A stretch of 64,000 bases of DNA. Origin: Glaucostegus cemiculus (taxonomy: Eukaryota). The DNA lies in assembly GCA_976551045.1 (NCBI GenBank), contig CDPCPM010000180.1, forward strand, positions 8,866,001-8,930,000, written 5' to 3'. Below are positions 1 to 12,530 of this stretch, in pieces (positions within the stretch are counted from its first letter, which is position 1; the number at the start of each line of letters is the position of its first letter). A program made the position numbers and the translations under genes. A model generated the notes under the pieces. That model saw only the letters and a list, made by a program, of their open reading frames with translations, searched no databases and was not told the origin of the DNA.

Positions 1-180
1 GTACACACTGTATAAACAATGAAAGGAGCACACCATCTCACAAACACATCCGCCACCTTGACAGCCACCTCCTGCCCTACCTGTGGTAGAGTCTGCAGGT
101 CACAAGTTGACCCCTCAGCCACCTTGGAACCCACAGAAATAGAATGGATGCAAGTCATCCTCAACCTCAAGGGGCACACC
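1..180 (+). mobile_element. 3' end remnant of an RTE-clade (BovB-like) LINE
   Basis: Translates to CPTCGRVCRS followed by a frameshifted SHLxTH, the C-terminal C2H2 motif typical of RTE ORF ends, then a short gcaagtcatcctc tail. Confidence 0.55.
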
Positions 181-182
181 AG

Positions 183-397
183 AGACTGCAGATGCTGGGA
201 TCTGGTGCAAAAAACAATCTGCTGGAGGAATTCTGCAAGTCGGGCAGCATCTGTGGAGGCAAAGGGATAGTCACTGTTTCGGATCAAAACCTTGATCAGG
301 ACTGATACAGGGTCTCAACCCGAAATGTTGACTGTTCCTTTACCTCCACAGATGCTGTCTGACCCACAAAGTTCCTCCAGCAGGTTGTTTTTTGCTC
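183..397. mobile_element. Penelope-derived palindromic (MITE-like) repeat
   Basis: About 75-bp imperfect inverted arms (ctgctggaggaa...cagcatctgtggagg / cctccacagatgctg...ttcctccagcag). Same sequence as the termini of the Penelope remnant at 15190-17378. Confidence 0.8.
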
Positions 398-1535
398 AAC
401 ACCAATGGACTATATTAACAAGGGAGAAATTCCTAAAATTCCTGCTTTACTGATGCAACAGCCACAGGCAGATTCTAAATAGAACTGTTATGGTTGAAAC
501 TAATTTTGATATTTGCTGCTTACTTTATAGTTATTAAATTTATAGCCTTGCTTGAAACAAAACACTGACTGTCCGGTGCTAGGAAGAGGGTGCTCATTTG
601 AAATATGTAACTATGCATTTATAATCTTATATCGTGGTTCTGGTCATTCTTAAATGGCAGTAGGTATTTTACTTGTAAAGCTGGAGGAGCTTGTAGTTGG
701 GTTACAGAAACAATTTTCCGTTTTGTGTGCCTGACATTGAGTGATTTCCAGATTGGGTGCAGTAGGAACCTGTCATTGACCTGGAATCACAGAAACGTAT
801 ACCATTCAGCCCATTGCTTCCATGTCAGCCAATGCACGAGTTGTTTATGCTAATTGCACTTCCCAGCTCTCGATCTGTTGCCTGGTGAGTTATGGGCTGA
901 TCCATGTGCTTTGTAAATGTGATTGGATTTGGAGAGAAGGTACGGGCCATTCTTTTTCATATGATGTGGTTTTTGCTGGCAAGGATTTAGTGCCAATCCC
1001 CTGTTGCTGTAGTAAGCTGCTTCTCGACATCTGCTGTACCTTCTGGTCATTGTATTTGATCCAACATATCTCTGCTATGGTTTAGTCTCCATTCAATCCT
1101 CCTGCCACCATTCCTTTCTGTGACTCTTCAAAACTTCCATTCCTGTCTCCCTCTTCTGTTGATCTAACTTCTAACAAGCAGCCATACTGTCTGGCCTCAA
1201 CTATTTGCTAAGGTGGTGAGTTCCATGATCTGACAGTGTTCTGGAAGAAGACACTGCCCCAAATTCTTTTTGATTTCTTGTTGACCATCTTATATTGAGG
1301 ACCTCTGGTTTTGCTTTTACCCACAAGTGGAAATACTGTTGAAGAAATTTGTTTGCTGAACATGGCATAATTTTTTTCCCTCATCTTCTTCTGAAAATCA
1401 AAGACTTTTCATGAAAATCTATGTCTCTTTGGGGGATCTTTGCCTTTTCTTATCAAACCCCAAAATAATGCAGAAGACCTCAATTCTACATTAGCAAGTT
1501 TCTCCTTTCCTGTCCAACATAACCATTATTTACCA

Positions 1536-1744
1536 CAACAACAAACAATCTGCCTGAAGAACTCAGTGGTCGAGCAGCATCTGTGGGAGGAAAGGAATTG
1601 TTGGCGTTTCAGGTGCAGTCCTGATGCAGGGTTTCGACCTGAAATGTCAACAATTCCTTTGATTCCCACGGATGCTGCCCGACCACTGAATTTTTCCAGC
1701 AGATTTTTGCTCCAGATTCCAGCATCTGCAGTCTCTTGTGTCTC
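1536..1744. mobile_element. Penelope-derived palindromic repeat
   Basis: Arms gcagcatctgtggga..aaaggaattgttg / caacaattccttt..tcccacggatgctgc; ends ccagattccagcatctgcagtctcttgtgtctc. Confidence 0.8.
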
Positions 1745-2225
1745 CCATTACTTACCACATTTGCTGGTAGCCTTCACTGGGCCCCTTCGAGGCTGGTGCT
1801 CAGGTTCCATCTGCAAGGCAATGGTCTTGAATGGAGCTAGGTTAGCATTGACAGTGTTCAAAGCATCCCACTTCTGCAAACAGAGGTTGGGCACGCAGTT
1901 CAGGCACGTGAATGGCCTGATACCTGGTTCAAGCCTAGGTTTTGGTCTTCCATTTTTCTGAGTTTACCAACAATCAGGCACTGCATCTTCAGCACGTAGT
2001 GAACACATTTCCCCTGGCTGCTGTATTGGGTACCCAGGCTCCAGCTTTCAGCCTATAAACATATGTGGTGACATTAGTTTTATGGGTTACTGTCTCTGAC
2101 TCAATCCAAAATGCTGAATTTTTGATGCATGCTATCAATTTATTCATTCAAATTGAAGTTCTTTTATGTTTAGCAGAAGGATTATGATTTGCAGATTGAA
2201 AATAAGTTGAATTGTTTTTTCTCAG

Positions 2226-2325
2226 GTACCAGAAGCTTTGGAAGAGTTATGTTAAGTTGCGGCATCTGCTGGCAAATAGTCCAAAGGTTAAGCAAGCGGA
2301 TAAGCAGAAACTGGCTCAGCGAGAG
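2226..2325 (+). CDS. DROSHA: DROSHA exon (window exon 1): YQKLWKSYVKLRHLLANSPKVKQADKQKLAQRE
   Basis: ttttttctcag|G TAC CAG ... CGA GAG|gtgag; 100 nt. Confidence 0.97.
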
Positions 2326-2738
2326 GTGAGATGTGCATTCTCTCAGTTTCTCTCAATGCCTGTTAACCTCAGCAGAAATATGGCTTCAAATTCAATAATG
2401 TGCACAATGGGTGTTACATTTTTATTTTAAGTATCCATCTCATGATGACGATTCTGCTTCATAAGGATAATGTCAGAAGTTTGTTGAACAATATAAAACC
2501 TGCTGCCAGTAAGATTAGATTGCTGTGGTTACTGGTTCCCTCCTTCATCCCACAGATGGTAATCCTTGGGCCTTAAGGACAGTGGTGTTTCCTTTGTGTA
2601 GCTTCAGCTTTCATGTCAATAAGCCATCCTAAGGCCTTTCTGAGCTTAGATGAGTGAAGACTGATGAAGTAAAGCCATTGTAAGTTGATGCAAAGAGCAG
2701 AAGAGAAGTATAATGCGATGACCTTAATTAAATAAGTG

Positions 2739-3028
2739 AAGATATCTTTATTCGTCACATGTACATTGAAACACACAGTGAAATTCATCTTTTGTGTAGA
2801 GTGTTCTGGGGGCAGCCCGCAAGTGTCACCACACTTCCGACACCAACGCAGCATGCCCACAACTTCCTAACCTGTACGTCTTTTGAATGTGGGAGGAAAC
2901 TGGAGCACCCAGAGGAAACCCACGCAGACACAATGAGAACGTACAAACTCCTTACAGACAGCGGCCGGAATTGAACCTGGGTTGCTGGCGCTGTAATAGC
3001 ATTACACTAACTGCTACACTACCGTGCC
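2739..3028 (-). mobile_element. tRNA-derived V-SINE (HE1-like), Rex1-like tail subfamily
   Basis: Reverse strand: ggcacggtagtgtagc (A box), ggttcaattcc (B box), V-domain gtttgtacgttctc...gtgggtttcctc..ggtgctcc..tttcctcccaca; close to the copies at 30098 and 63143. Confidence 0.85.
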
Positions 3029-3384
3029 TTTGATTGGGAATATTGTTTGCACCATTGTAAAGCAAATACAAGAAGACAAGGGCTGGAGACATCACTTGCT
3101 GGAGCATAAGTTCTCACATTGCCTTCATGTCATTGCATATGGTCTATGTCCAAGCAAAACTGGAAGCTTAACCTTGGGTTCTCGGACAAGGATTTCCAGC
3201 AGAATGACCAGATGGACGAAGTTTTCAAAGGAGGCAAAGCTGAAGGCAGTGGAGTGATTGACAGCTGCAGAAGAGCATGAAGTTCAAAGATTGTCGGTTA
3301 GGAGCTTAATAATGCAAATACTGTTGCCTTTAGGGGGTGTGTTTTTCAAAAGCCATCACAAGAAGAGTGAGGCAGAAAGAGTAG

Positions 3385-4085
3385 TTGTTTAAATGGTGAG
3401 AGATTGAAAACTGTTGGCGTCCAAAGGGACTTGGATGCCTTTGTTCACAAATTATTAAAAGTTAGAATGCAGGTATAGCAATTAGCACACAATTAGATAC
3501 AGCAGGCAATTAGCAAGGCAAATAATATGTTGGCTTTAAATGCAAAGATATTTGAGCACAAGACTTGCTCTGCATGTGTAGGGCCCTGGTGAAACTGCAT
3601 GTGGAATATTGTCCACAAGATGGATATATTGGCAATAGAGAACTGCAGCAAAAGTTCACCAGATGGATTTCTGGAATGGCAGGCTTGTCCTGGGGAAGAA
3701 ATTAAGCAGATTGGATCTGTAGTCTAAAGTTTAGAAGAATGAGGTATTATCTTATTGAAATGCTCAAAGAAATCTTACTGGGCTTGACAGGGTAGATGGG
3801 ATCAGACTGTCAAAACAAAGGCAGCTATTTGAGGCTGAGATGAGAAGAAATTTCTTCACTCAGAAGGTGGTCAGTTTTTTGAATTATCTCCTGAAGAGGG
3901 CTGTAGTGGCTCAGTTATAATGTTCAAGCCAGGGGCTGATAGATTTTTACATGTTAAGGAAATCAAGAGATGTGAGTTTATTACAGGAAACTGGTGTGGA
4001 AATGAAAGATCAGCTGTGCGTTGAATGGCAGAACAGCCATGAGGGGCCACATGGTCTGCTTCTGCTTCTTCTTACGTTCTTATGT
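3385..4085 (+). mobile_element. degenerate CR1 (HER1-like) LINE 3' fragment
   Basis: Decayed RDLG/LVxxHxEYC coding remnants, gagaagaaatttcttcactcagaaggtggt and a CR1-type 3' tail. Confidence 0.65.
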
Positions 4086-5682
4086 GATTGGGAGGGAGAC
4101 AGAAGATGTGGGTGCTGAGGTAGTAAAGGCAGTGGTCAGAAGTGATTCACCAGTCATGGAGGCTGTATTAACAGCTGACATACTAGCCTTTTGAGAATTA
4201 CAGGCGTCTGATCATAATCGGTGGCTCTGTTTATTTAATTCTGCTTGATTATATTCATCCTTAGAAAGCAATGAAAAATATATTTTGTCTGTCTCAGAAA
4301 CCATAAATCTTGTTAGAAAGGAAGCAATATGCAGGCGGCTCACAGGGGTCTAAAATGGATTTGTCACTTGTTTTATGTTTGAACAAATAATTAAATGTGT
4401 TGGAGATGACAGCAAAACAATTGCATCTAATTGCACTTGCAGAAATACTGTGCATAGCCCAAGCACTACTGCCAGACTCTGGGGAGTTCAAAACAAAAAA
4501 ATTCAAATCATTTTTTTTAACCAAGTTTATTTCGCGTCATTTTGGATCTATCAGTCCTGTAATTTCTTTAGACTTCATCCATGCTTACAGAGAACTTTAA
4601 TATAACCTCTCAGAGAATAAACTGGTTTTGGAGTCTCTGCTTTATGTTTCTGCCAAAGTGCAGTTTTGCAGTGCCTGACATCAGCTGTTTGCCATTAGTT
4701 TACTGAAGTGATCACTTTAACATTTTAGTGCATTAACCAGATGAATGAACTTCTACCAAGAAGCTTTGAATCTCCAAGCAAATGGTAGGGGATAAGATTA
4801 GATCATTTTGAATAGATGAGAATAGGGAACTAAAAGATTGAGTGCATCTTAAATCATGTGTTGTACAAATTTCCAAGCTTGGTTATTCTTTGAGTCCAAG
4901 CTTTAGAGCAACTGGATGGAGCAGTGTTCAAAATGTGCACCTTTGTGCAAGTGTTAGCAGTAATTAGCACTAGTGTAGGTGCTCAACTGTCCTGCAGACA
5001 AGTTAGCAACTAAAGTGCACCACTTTTGCACAAGCTATCAAGTTTAAATTCACTCTAGGTCGTTCATTCAAATTTTATGCAGAGGTACTATATTCACAAA
5101 ATTAAGTGGCATTGCAATATGTATAGCACAGAGTATCCTAATCTGGAAAAAAAAAACAATTCTGAAAGGGTTACATGTCAATGTTTTATTATTAATGTTA
5201 CAATCGATGAATGAAGTTTGCAATGAAACTTAATGTGGATACTAAATATATTAACATTTTCTGAAAAAATCCTGTGCAACTTAAGAAGTGCTAAGCCTAG
5301 TTTTTTCCTTCAAAATATGTAGCCTGCACATTCATTTGACTAAAATTATTAATTTAGATTTGATTTTATGTCTATTCTATGGTATAGACTTGTCTAAATA
5401 ATGTCTTAATATTGGGTTCAGTATGAAAAAGCAATAACATATTTGCTTTCAGAAAAAGCAGCCTTTATTTATTTTGCCCTATCAACATGGTAGAACATCC
5501 TTGGCAGTTCTCAGTAGCATACTTTGACCCTGACCAACTTATGGAACTATTAGATGAGATAACCAAAAGTTTTGCCAAATAGTTACACTTTAAGGTGTCT
5601 GTAAAGGAGAAAGATGTAGATCAGTATATCCCCCACCCAATTCCGTGCGTGCCAAAAATCCGTTTATTTATTTTAATTTCAG

Positions 5683-5790
5683 GAAGCCTTGCAGAAAATC
5701 CGACAGAAGAATACCATGCGGCGTGAGGTGACAGTAGAACTGAGCAGTCAAGGTTTCTGGAGGACTGGTTTGCGTTCTGATGTCTGCCAG
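5683..5790 (+). CDS. DROSHA: DROSHA exon 2: EALQKIRQKNTMRREVTVELSSQGFWRTGLRSDVCQ
   Basis: aatttcag|GAA ... TGC CAG|gtaag; 108 nt, phase 0/0. Confidence 0.98.
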
Positions 5791-8769
5791 GTAAGCACTG
5801 CCCCAATAGAAGTGAATGTGGCTTACTTAGCATTATGGACACTAGATCTCTCCTCTTTGCATGATGGTTTTGAGCATCTTTAAATGATTAAGCTTCCCAG
5901 AACAAAGCTGGAAAATTATCAGACCATCAAGCCTATTCTGCCCTTTCATTAGGTATCTTGCCTCTGTTGCTTCACATACCTTTGTATCCTTCGATATAAG
6001 AAATCAATGAATCTGTCTTAAAAATTTTTATTAACCACTTATTAAGCAATTGGGTTTTCGATTTCTACCAGAGAAACAAATGACTGCCCATTTTAATTTC
6101 TACCAGCCTCTTTTGTGGAAAATTCCTTCCTTTTACTCTGAAGGTTATACCTCCTTGTTTTATATTCCTCCACCAGTTTCTGTGCAGCCATGTGTGTTGA
6201 ATTCCTTTTTGAATTTTTAAAGACCCTGATAATAATCTTCTGAACTCAGTCTGTTTATAAAACAGTTATTGCAATGTGTCTTCATTATTTTCATTCTATC
6301 CTGATATTCTTTAAATGCTGGTGAACTTCCCATTCCTTATCCATCCTGCAGCTTGATGCCAACATTGGTGGGATTCTCTGCAACTAAAGCACCACTTCAA
6401 TCCTTTTGAGGTCAGGGCTCATGCCCTTCTCTCCTTTATGACTCCCTTTTTGGATCTGCTTCTGGTAACTAATGTGCATGTGCACCTACAACCTCTCTCT
6501 TTCACAGCTTCTTGTTTGTCAGAGTGAGAAAAGTATTCTGATTCTCTCTCGCTCCCTCTCTAGTGTTGGATGATCTCATGTCCTCTGCACATCCCATGTG
6601 CTACACTTTAGCTCACTTATGTAATCTGTCTTTTTTTACTTTTTGCAAACTATGTCTTCTCACAGCATTATCTCTAGCTCTGTTCTTTCATTCACCTGGT
6701 TGAACTGTACGTGAAAGACTAAGAGTTCTGTACAGTTCCCAGGGGATCATTACTTAGTGCCATCTGCCAAATCGCTGAGGATTTTCAACCAGTTACCTGC
6801 TCAGTTCCTTTGCATACGGTTGCAAAATGGAGTCAAAAAGGAGAGAACAATGTTGGCCCCCATGTTCTTTCAGTTTTTCCTAATGTTATTTTTTTTCAAG
6901 TTTATCAAATGTTGCCTCAAAGTCCCAATAGACAATATTTGTAGATGCTCCCCATGTGATTGACTTCTGCATAAAAATACTTAACTGCATTAGTAAGGCA
7001 TGATCTATCTTTCACAGTCATTTGTGATCAGATCTGAACACATAGCCATACTGTTTCTCATGATCTACGTCACTAACTTGTATAGAATGTCCTGCACTCG
7101 ATCATGTTTCTTGGATTGTGGATATACTCAGCAGCGATAGTGTACTCTCCTATAAAGCTTATCCACCGTTGGAGGGTTGTAGAGATTTGTAATGTATGAT
7201 ATGAATATTTTGAAATATTTAAGTGATGAAATTACAGTTCACATAAATAAAATAAGTTTAATTAAGGCAAGATAACTTGCTGATGAGTAATAATGGTTTC
7301 ATACACCATTAAAACCTCATTTAGACTTTGCATGACTAAGCAGGACTTGTAAATTCATATCAATACTATTGGTTTTCCTTGATTGCATTGGAAAAAGCTG
7401 TCACCAGCACGGCATGTGCAGGAGCATTGAATCATTGATGGTAACTTTGAGATTTCTGCTTTAAGCTGCACTTGCTTGGGAAATCAGTAGTTCCTGTCAG
7501 TAGTACAGGATAATCATGGCAAACCTTGATAGTTTTGTCATTATTCCCACTCAAAAATCTGGGTTAAAGTTAATGCTGTGTGTTTTACTGAAATTTTCAA
7601 ATCTCTCCCACTTACTATTGTGTTGAAGATTGTGTTCTTTGGCACAGAGTGGCATGCAATCAGGATGTCTTTCTGACAAAATTATTTTGAAATTATGTAA
7701 GTTTAAATCCTTAATTGAACAGAATTATGTCTGTGTGTGGATGCATTTGAAGGTTATATGGATAAGTATGCACAAATTATTATATTAGGACTTATCATTA
7801 ATGGGATATTGATAAAATCACTCAGAACTGTCTGAATTACAACGTTAATCAAATAACTGCTTATACTGCAATGAAATTAGTCAGACATCGATCAATATAA
7901 TTTTATTTAAGGATTAGCCAGGAGGAAGGTGCGAATTTTTTGAAATAGTTCAGTCAAGGGCTTCTTTTTATGACAGTACAGAAGTGGATTTGCTGGTAAT
8001 TGCTGTGCCTACTTGCAAGTTAATCTAGTTTAAGATCATTTTTGTCACTAGATCCCAGACCTGTAGATGTAATGATCTTAGAGTTGTGGTCAAATTGGTA
8101 CATTGCAACATGGGGACTAATTATAGTTGCTGCACTATTGTTCTCACCTTGACTGAGATCACCTTAACAGCACAAAGCAGAAGCTGACCACTGAATCTTG
8201 AAGGTCTCAGTTGCATGATGGATGGGTTTGAAAAATGAAAGGCTTGTAATTATATAAGCCCCAAAGCAGTTTATTGACAGTAAATGTATTTCAAGTGTAG
8301 AAATTGTTATGCAGGAAACAGAAGCAGTTTTCATTTGCCAGCTTTCCTCCCTCTGTCCTCCACCCTCTTAATATTGACTCTTACAAGTTGCAGAACGTGA
8401 CAAAAATTGAACCAGAGCTATTTAATATCAACTGGGCAACAGCATATACAAATATGGAATCAATGCAGTTGGATGCCATTAAGAACAGCTGAAAACTTGT
8501 TGAATAGTGGAACAATCTTGAGGAGGAAATAACATTGCAACATAATGTTTGAGGTGTACTCAGCTGGGAGCCAGTGTATATCAATAAGCATGGCATGATG
8601 CATGTGTGTGTTGGGATACAGATTGTCAGATGAGCTTAGGTTTGTAGAGTATTGAGCTTGAAAATCATTGTGCACCAGTCAGGCCTCAAGTGGAGTATAA
8701 TGGTCATTTCTGAGCCCCATCCACCGGCAAAGATAAATAAATGAATTAGGAAAAAGTATAAAGGAAATT

Positions 8770-9685
8770 AGAACATGGAACAGTACAGCATGATGTTGTG
8801 CTGGTCTAATTAAGCTAATGATGCCTAATTATGCTAATTCCTTCTGCCTGAGCATGGTTCATATCCTTCCATTCTCTGCATATTTATGTGCCTATCTAAG
8901 AGCCTCTTAAATGCCTGTATTGTATCTTCACCACCACCCCTGGCAGCACATTCCTGGCACTCACCGCTCCCTGTGTTTAAAAAAACACTTGCCCTGCGTA
9001 TCTCTTTGGAAGTTTCCTCCCCTCACCTTAAATGCATGCCTGCTAGTACTAGTCATTTCGGTGCTGGGAAAAAGATTGTGGCTCTCTACTCCATCTATGC
9101 CTCTCATAATTTTATAAACTTCTGTTAAGTTTCCCCCCCCCCCACCAGCCACTGGCACTCAAGAAAAAACAACCTGTTTGTTCCACCTCTCCTTATAGCA
9201 CCTGTCCTCTAATCCAGGCAGCATCCTGGTAAACCTCTTCTGCACCTTCTTCAAAGCCTCCACATCCTTCCTATAATGGGGTGACCAGAATTGAATGCAG
9301 TACTCCAGATGTGGCCTGACCAGAGTTTTATAAAGCTGCAACATGACTTCTTGCCTCTTGAACACAATGCCTTGACCAATAAAGGCAAGCATACCATACA
9401 CCTTCTGTACCACCCTATCAACTTGTACAGCTACTTTCAGGGAGCTATGGGCTTGGACCCCAAGGTCTGTCTGTATATCAATGTTGTTAAGAGTCCTGCC
9501 ATTAAGTGTGTACTTTCCCTTTACATTTGATCTCCCAAAGTTCAACGCCTCACACTTGGTCAGACTAAACTTCATCTGCCATTTCTCTGCCCGTATCTGC
9601 AACTGATCTATATCTTGCTGTATCCTTTGGCAATCTTCTACACTATCCATAACACTACCATTCTTTGTGTCATCTGCAATTTTGA
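8770..9685 (-). mobile_element. CR1 (HER1-like) LINE, 5'-truncated
   Basis: ORF 9159..9650: QxDIDQL..W.MKF...DLGV...LYKTLVRPHLEYCIQFWSPHYRKDVEALKKVQKRFTRMLPGL, the CR1 ORF2 C-terminus. Confidence 0.93.
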
Positions 9686-10199
9686 CAGAATCTTACCAGA
9701 GAGAAGGAAATTAAGGGAAAGGTTAGAATGTTTAGGATTGTTCTTGTTGTAACAGAAAAGGCGAAGGATGATCTAACAGAGGTTTTCATAATCGTGAGAG
9801 GATTTTATGGATTAGAAAGAGGAAATCTATTCCCTTTAGTAAGAGGTCAGTCACAAAATTTAAAAATTGTCCATAAAATCTAGATAGTTGAACATACGCT
9901 TAAAGGTCAAGGAGCTTAACAATCTAATGCTGGCAAGCCATCACAGAGTCGATGTGCTAAATTGCCTTCTTCTGAGCTGTAGATATTTATGATTATCGTA
10001 ACTGCCATCAATAGTTATCAGCATGTGTATTGTGTGACTGTTTCATACCACGATAAACTCTAAATGTGACCTTCTAGTTAGGGAATGCATTTGTCCCCCT
10101 TAACAACATTGCACATGTGAAGGAGATCTGCTGACAACAAGGATACAAAGGTTAAAACAAATAGATGGAAAATCTTGAAAACTTGCTGATTCCTAGTGT

Positions 10200-10893
10200 C
10201 TGATTTGGTATTGGTTTATTATTGTCACTTGTACTGAGGTACAGTGAAAAGCTTGTCTTACAAACTGATCGTACAGGTCAATTCCTTACACAGTGCAGTT
10301 ACATAGTACAAAGTGCATTGAGGTAGTACAGTAAAAACAGTAACAGTACAGAGTAAAGTGTCACAGCTACAGAGAAAGTGCAGTGCAATAACGTGCAAGG
10401 TCACACAAGGTAGATCGTGAGGTCAGAGACCATCTCATTGTATAAGGGAACCGTTCAATAGTCTTATCACAGTGGGGTAGAAGCTGTCCTTAACTCTGGT
10501 GGTACGTGCCCTCAGGCACCTGTATCTTCTACCTGATGGAAGAGGAGAGAAGAGAGAATGTCCCAGATGAGTGGGGTCTTTGATTATGCTGGCCACTACA
10601 CCAAGACAACGAGAGGTAAAGACAGAGTCCAAGGAGGGGAGGCTGATGTCTGTGATGCGCTGGGCTGTGTCCACAACTCTCTGCAGCTTCTTGCAGTCCT
10701 TGGCAGAGCAGTTGCCATACCAAGCTGTGGTACAACCAGATAGGATGCTCTCTATGGTGCATCAGTAAAAGATGGTGAGAGTCGAAGGGGACAAACCAAA
10801 TTTCTTTAGCCTCCTGAGGAAGTATAGGTGCTGGTGAGCTTTCTTGGCTGTGGCATCTATGTGGTTTGACCAGGACAGGCTGTTGGTGATGTT
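10200..10893 (-). mobile_element. Rex1/Babar-type LINE 3' fragment
   Basis: KKAHQHLYFLRRLKKF...IESILSGCxTAWYG...IIKDPTHxGHSLFSPLPSGRRYR...TTRVKDSFYPTVIRLLN; 3' tail ending aataaaccaatacc. Confidence 0.88.
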
Positions 10894-11015
10894 CTGTATT
10901 CACACGTGCAGTAAGCACAAATTAGTGAAGTTGACTCTCGTGGGTCAGCATGGTTAAAGGGGAAACTTTCATTGCTGCGGAAACACTTCTTGCATTGTTT
11001 TCCTGTTTCTTTCAG

Positions 11016-11123
11016 CATGCCATGATGTTGCCTGTATTGACTCACCATATCCGATACCATCAGTGTCTCATGCACTTGGATAAACTGATAGGCTACACGT
11101 TTAAAGAACGCTGTTTACTACAG
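11016..11123 (+). CDS. DROSHA: DROSHA exon 3: HAMMLPVLTHHIRYHQCLMHLDKLIGYTFKERCLLQ
   Basis: tttctttcag|CAT ... CTA CAG|gtaaat; 108 nt. Confidence 0.98.
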
Positions 11124-11268
11124 GTAAATATTCCTTAATTCATCTTTTCCCTGCTTTAGAAATTTGGTAGCAAATCTATGTCTTCTGATGTCCATGGTTT
11201 GTGATCAGAAAGCAGTCAACTGTTTCCCTGTGTGGTTTGGTGGGATTAGGATGTGAGTGTGGAATGGG

Positions 11269-11306
11269 TGTCCTGTCCAAAATTCCCTTGTCCTGTCCAA
11301 AATTCC
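11269..11306. repeat. 20-bp tandem duplication
   Basis: tgtcctgtccaaaattcc-ct-tgtcctgtccaaaattcc. Confidence 0.85.
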
Positions 11307-11979
11307 AACTGTGGTAACATGTCACCGAAAAAAACCCCACAATGATTGTCTTATGTTGCAGAGCAAATTATAAGTGTGGTGTCTTTTCTATTTTAGTATA
11401 AGCTGACATTTTTAAAGTTTGAACCAGTTATAAGAACTAAGACAGTTTCCCAATTACTGGGGAAAAGTATTCCATTGCCTTCTCATCTTATCTCAACAGA
11501 GAATCAATTAGCATTGGAAGAGTTGTGGGGATTTTAATGTGCTTCCCTATTGACCCCCTGTTTTCGCTGTGGAATATGTTGAGTGCATTCAGTAGATTTG
11601 TCTTAATATCACTGTGAAGTTGTGTTCTTGTTTTTCCCTCTCAATTCTGCGGTTTCTTTAATGTTGAAAAGGCTTGTGACCCACTACTTTTATCACTGGC
11701 TGGAAAGGTTTGACCTTTCAGTCAGGAGCTGGTCCCCTTGCCATTGTATGCTGTATTAGAATTTGGTGGGACAGTTGAACTATCTATTCACGTGCTAGTG
11801 CCTTTTTGTCAGTTATTTCCAGTTATTTTTGCTTCAATATTGCTGTTGAGATTGAAGATTCAAATAAAAGGAAATTCTGTTCTCTCTTCCCATTTCCCTG
11901 GGCTTTAAGTCTTAATATTCCATGAATACGGAATGAGTGAAAAGTCAATTTTAGTTTCTGCTGCCCTGCTTTTTATAGG

Positions 11980-12530
11980 GAATGGTGGCAGAAGAGTTAT
12001 GTTCCAGGCCTAGTAATCTATAGGTCTGAACTAATGCACCAGAGACATGAGTTCAAATCCCAGTGCTGCAGCTGGAGAATTTGAATTTTGTTGAGTATTT
12101 CAAAAATAACTGGAATGAAAAGCTAGTATCATTTGTAATGTCCGCACACTCTAAGAACAAAGTACTGCAGATGCTGGAAATCTGAAACAAAAACAAATTA
12201 TGCTGGAAGAGTTCAGAACTGGTCATAACCTGAAATTATTAACTCTGTTTCTCTCACCATAGATAGTACTTGACCTGTCAACATTTTATTTTTTACTTCA
12301 TAAAAATCAGTCTACATCATGAAGCCCCCTTTGGGAAGGAGGTCTGTTGTCCTCACCCGTTTGACACAAAACATAGAGCAGTGTGATTGACTCTTAACCA
12401 TGCACGAGAAGGGTTGAGCTTTCCACTCAGCTGAACCGAGCAGTTCAACAAAGGCAGTGGACTGATAGCTTTTGGGATAAGGGAAGTACAGTCAATGCTT
12501 GTCTTGCCCAGGATGTTTGCATCCACGAAT
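11980..12530 (+). mobile_element. old tRNA-like SINE interrupted by a Penelope-derived palindrome (about 12155-12300)
   Basis: ctagtaatc...gagttcaaatcccag B-box-like head; related reverse copies near 12870-13040 and 26550-26900; inserted tactgcagatgctggaaatctgaaac arm. Confidence 0.5.
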
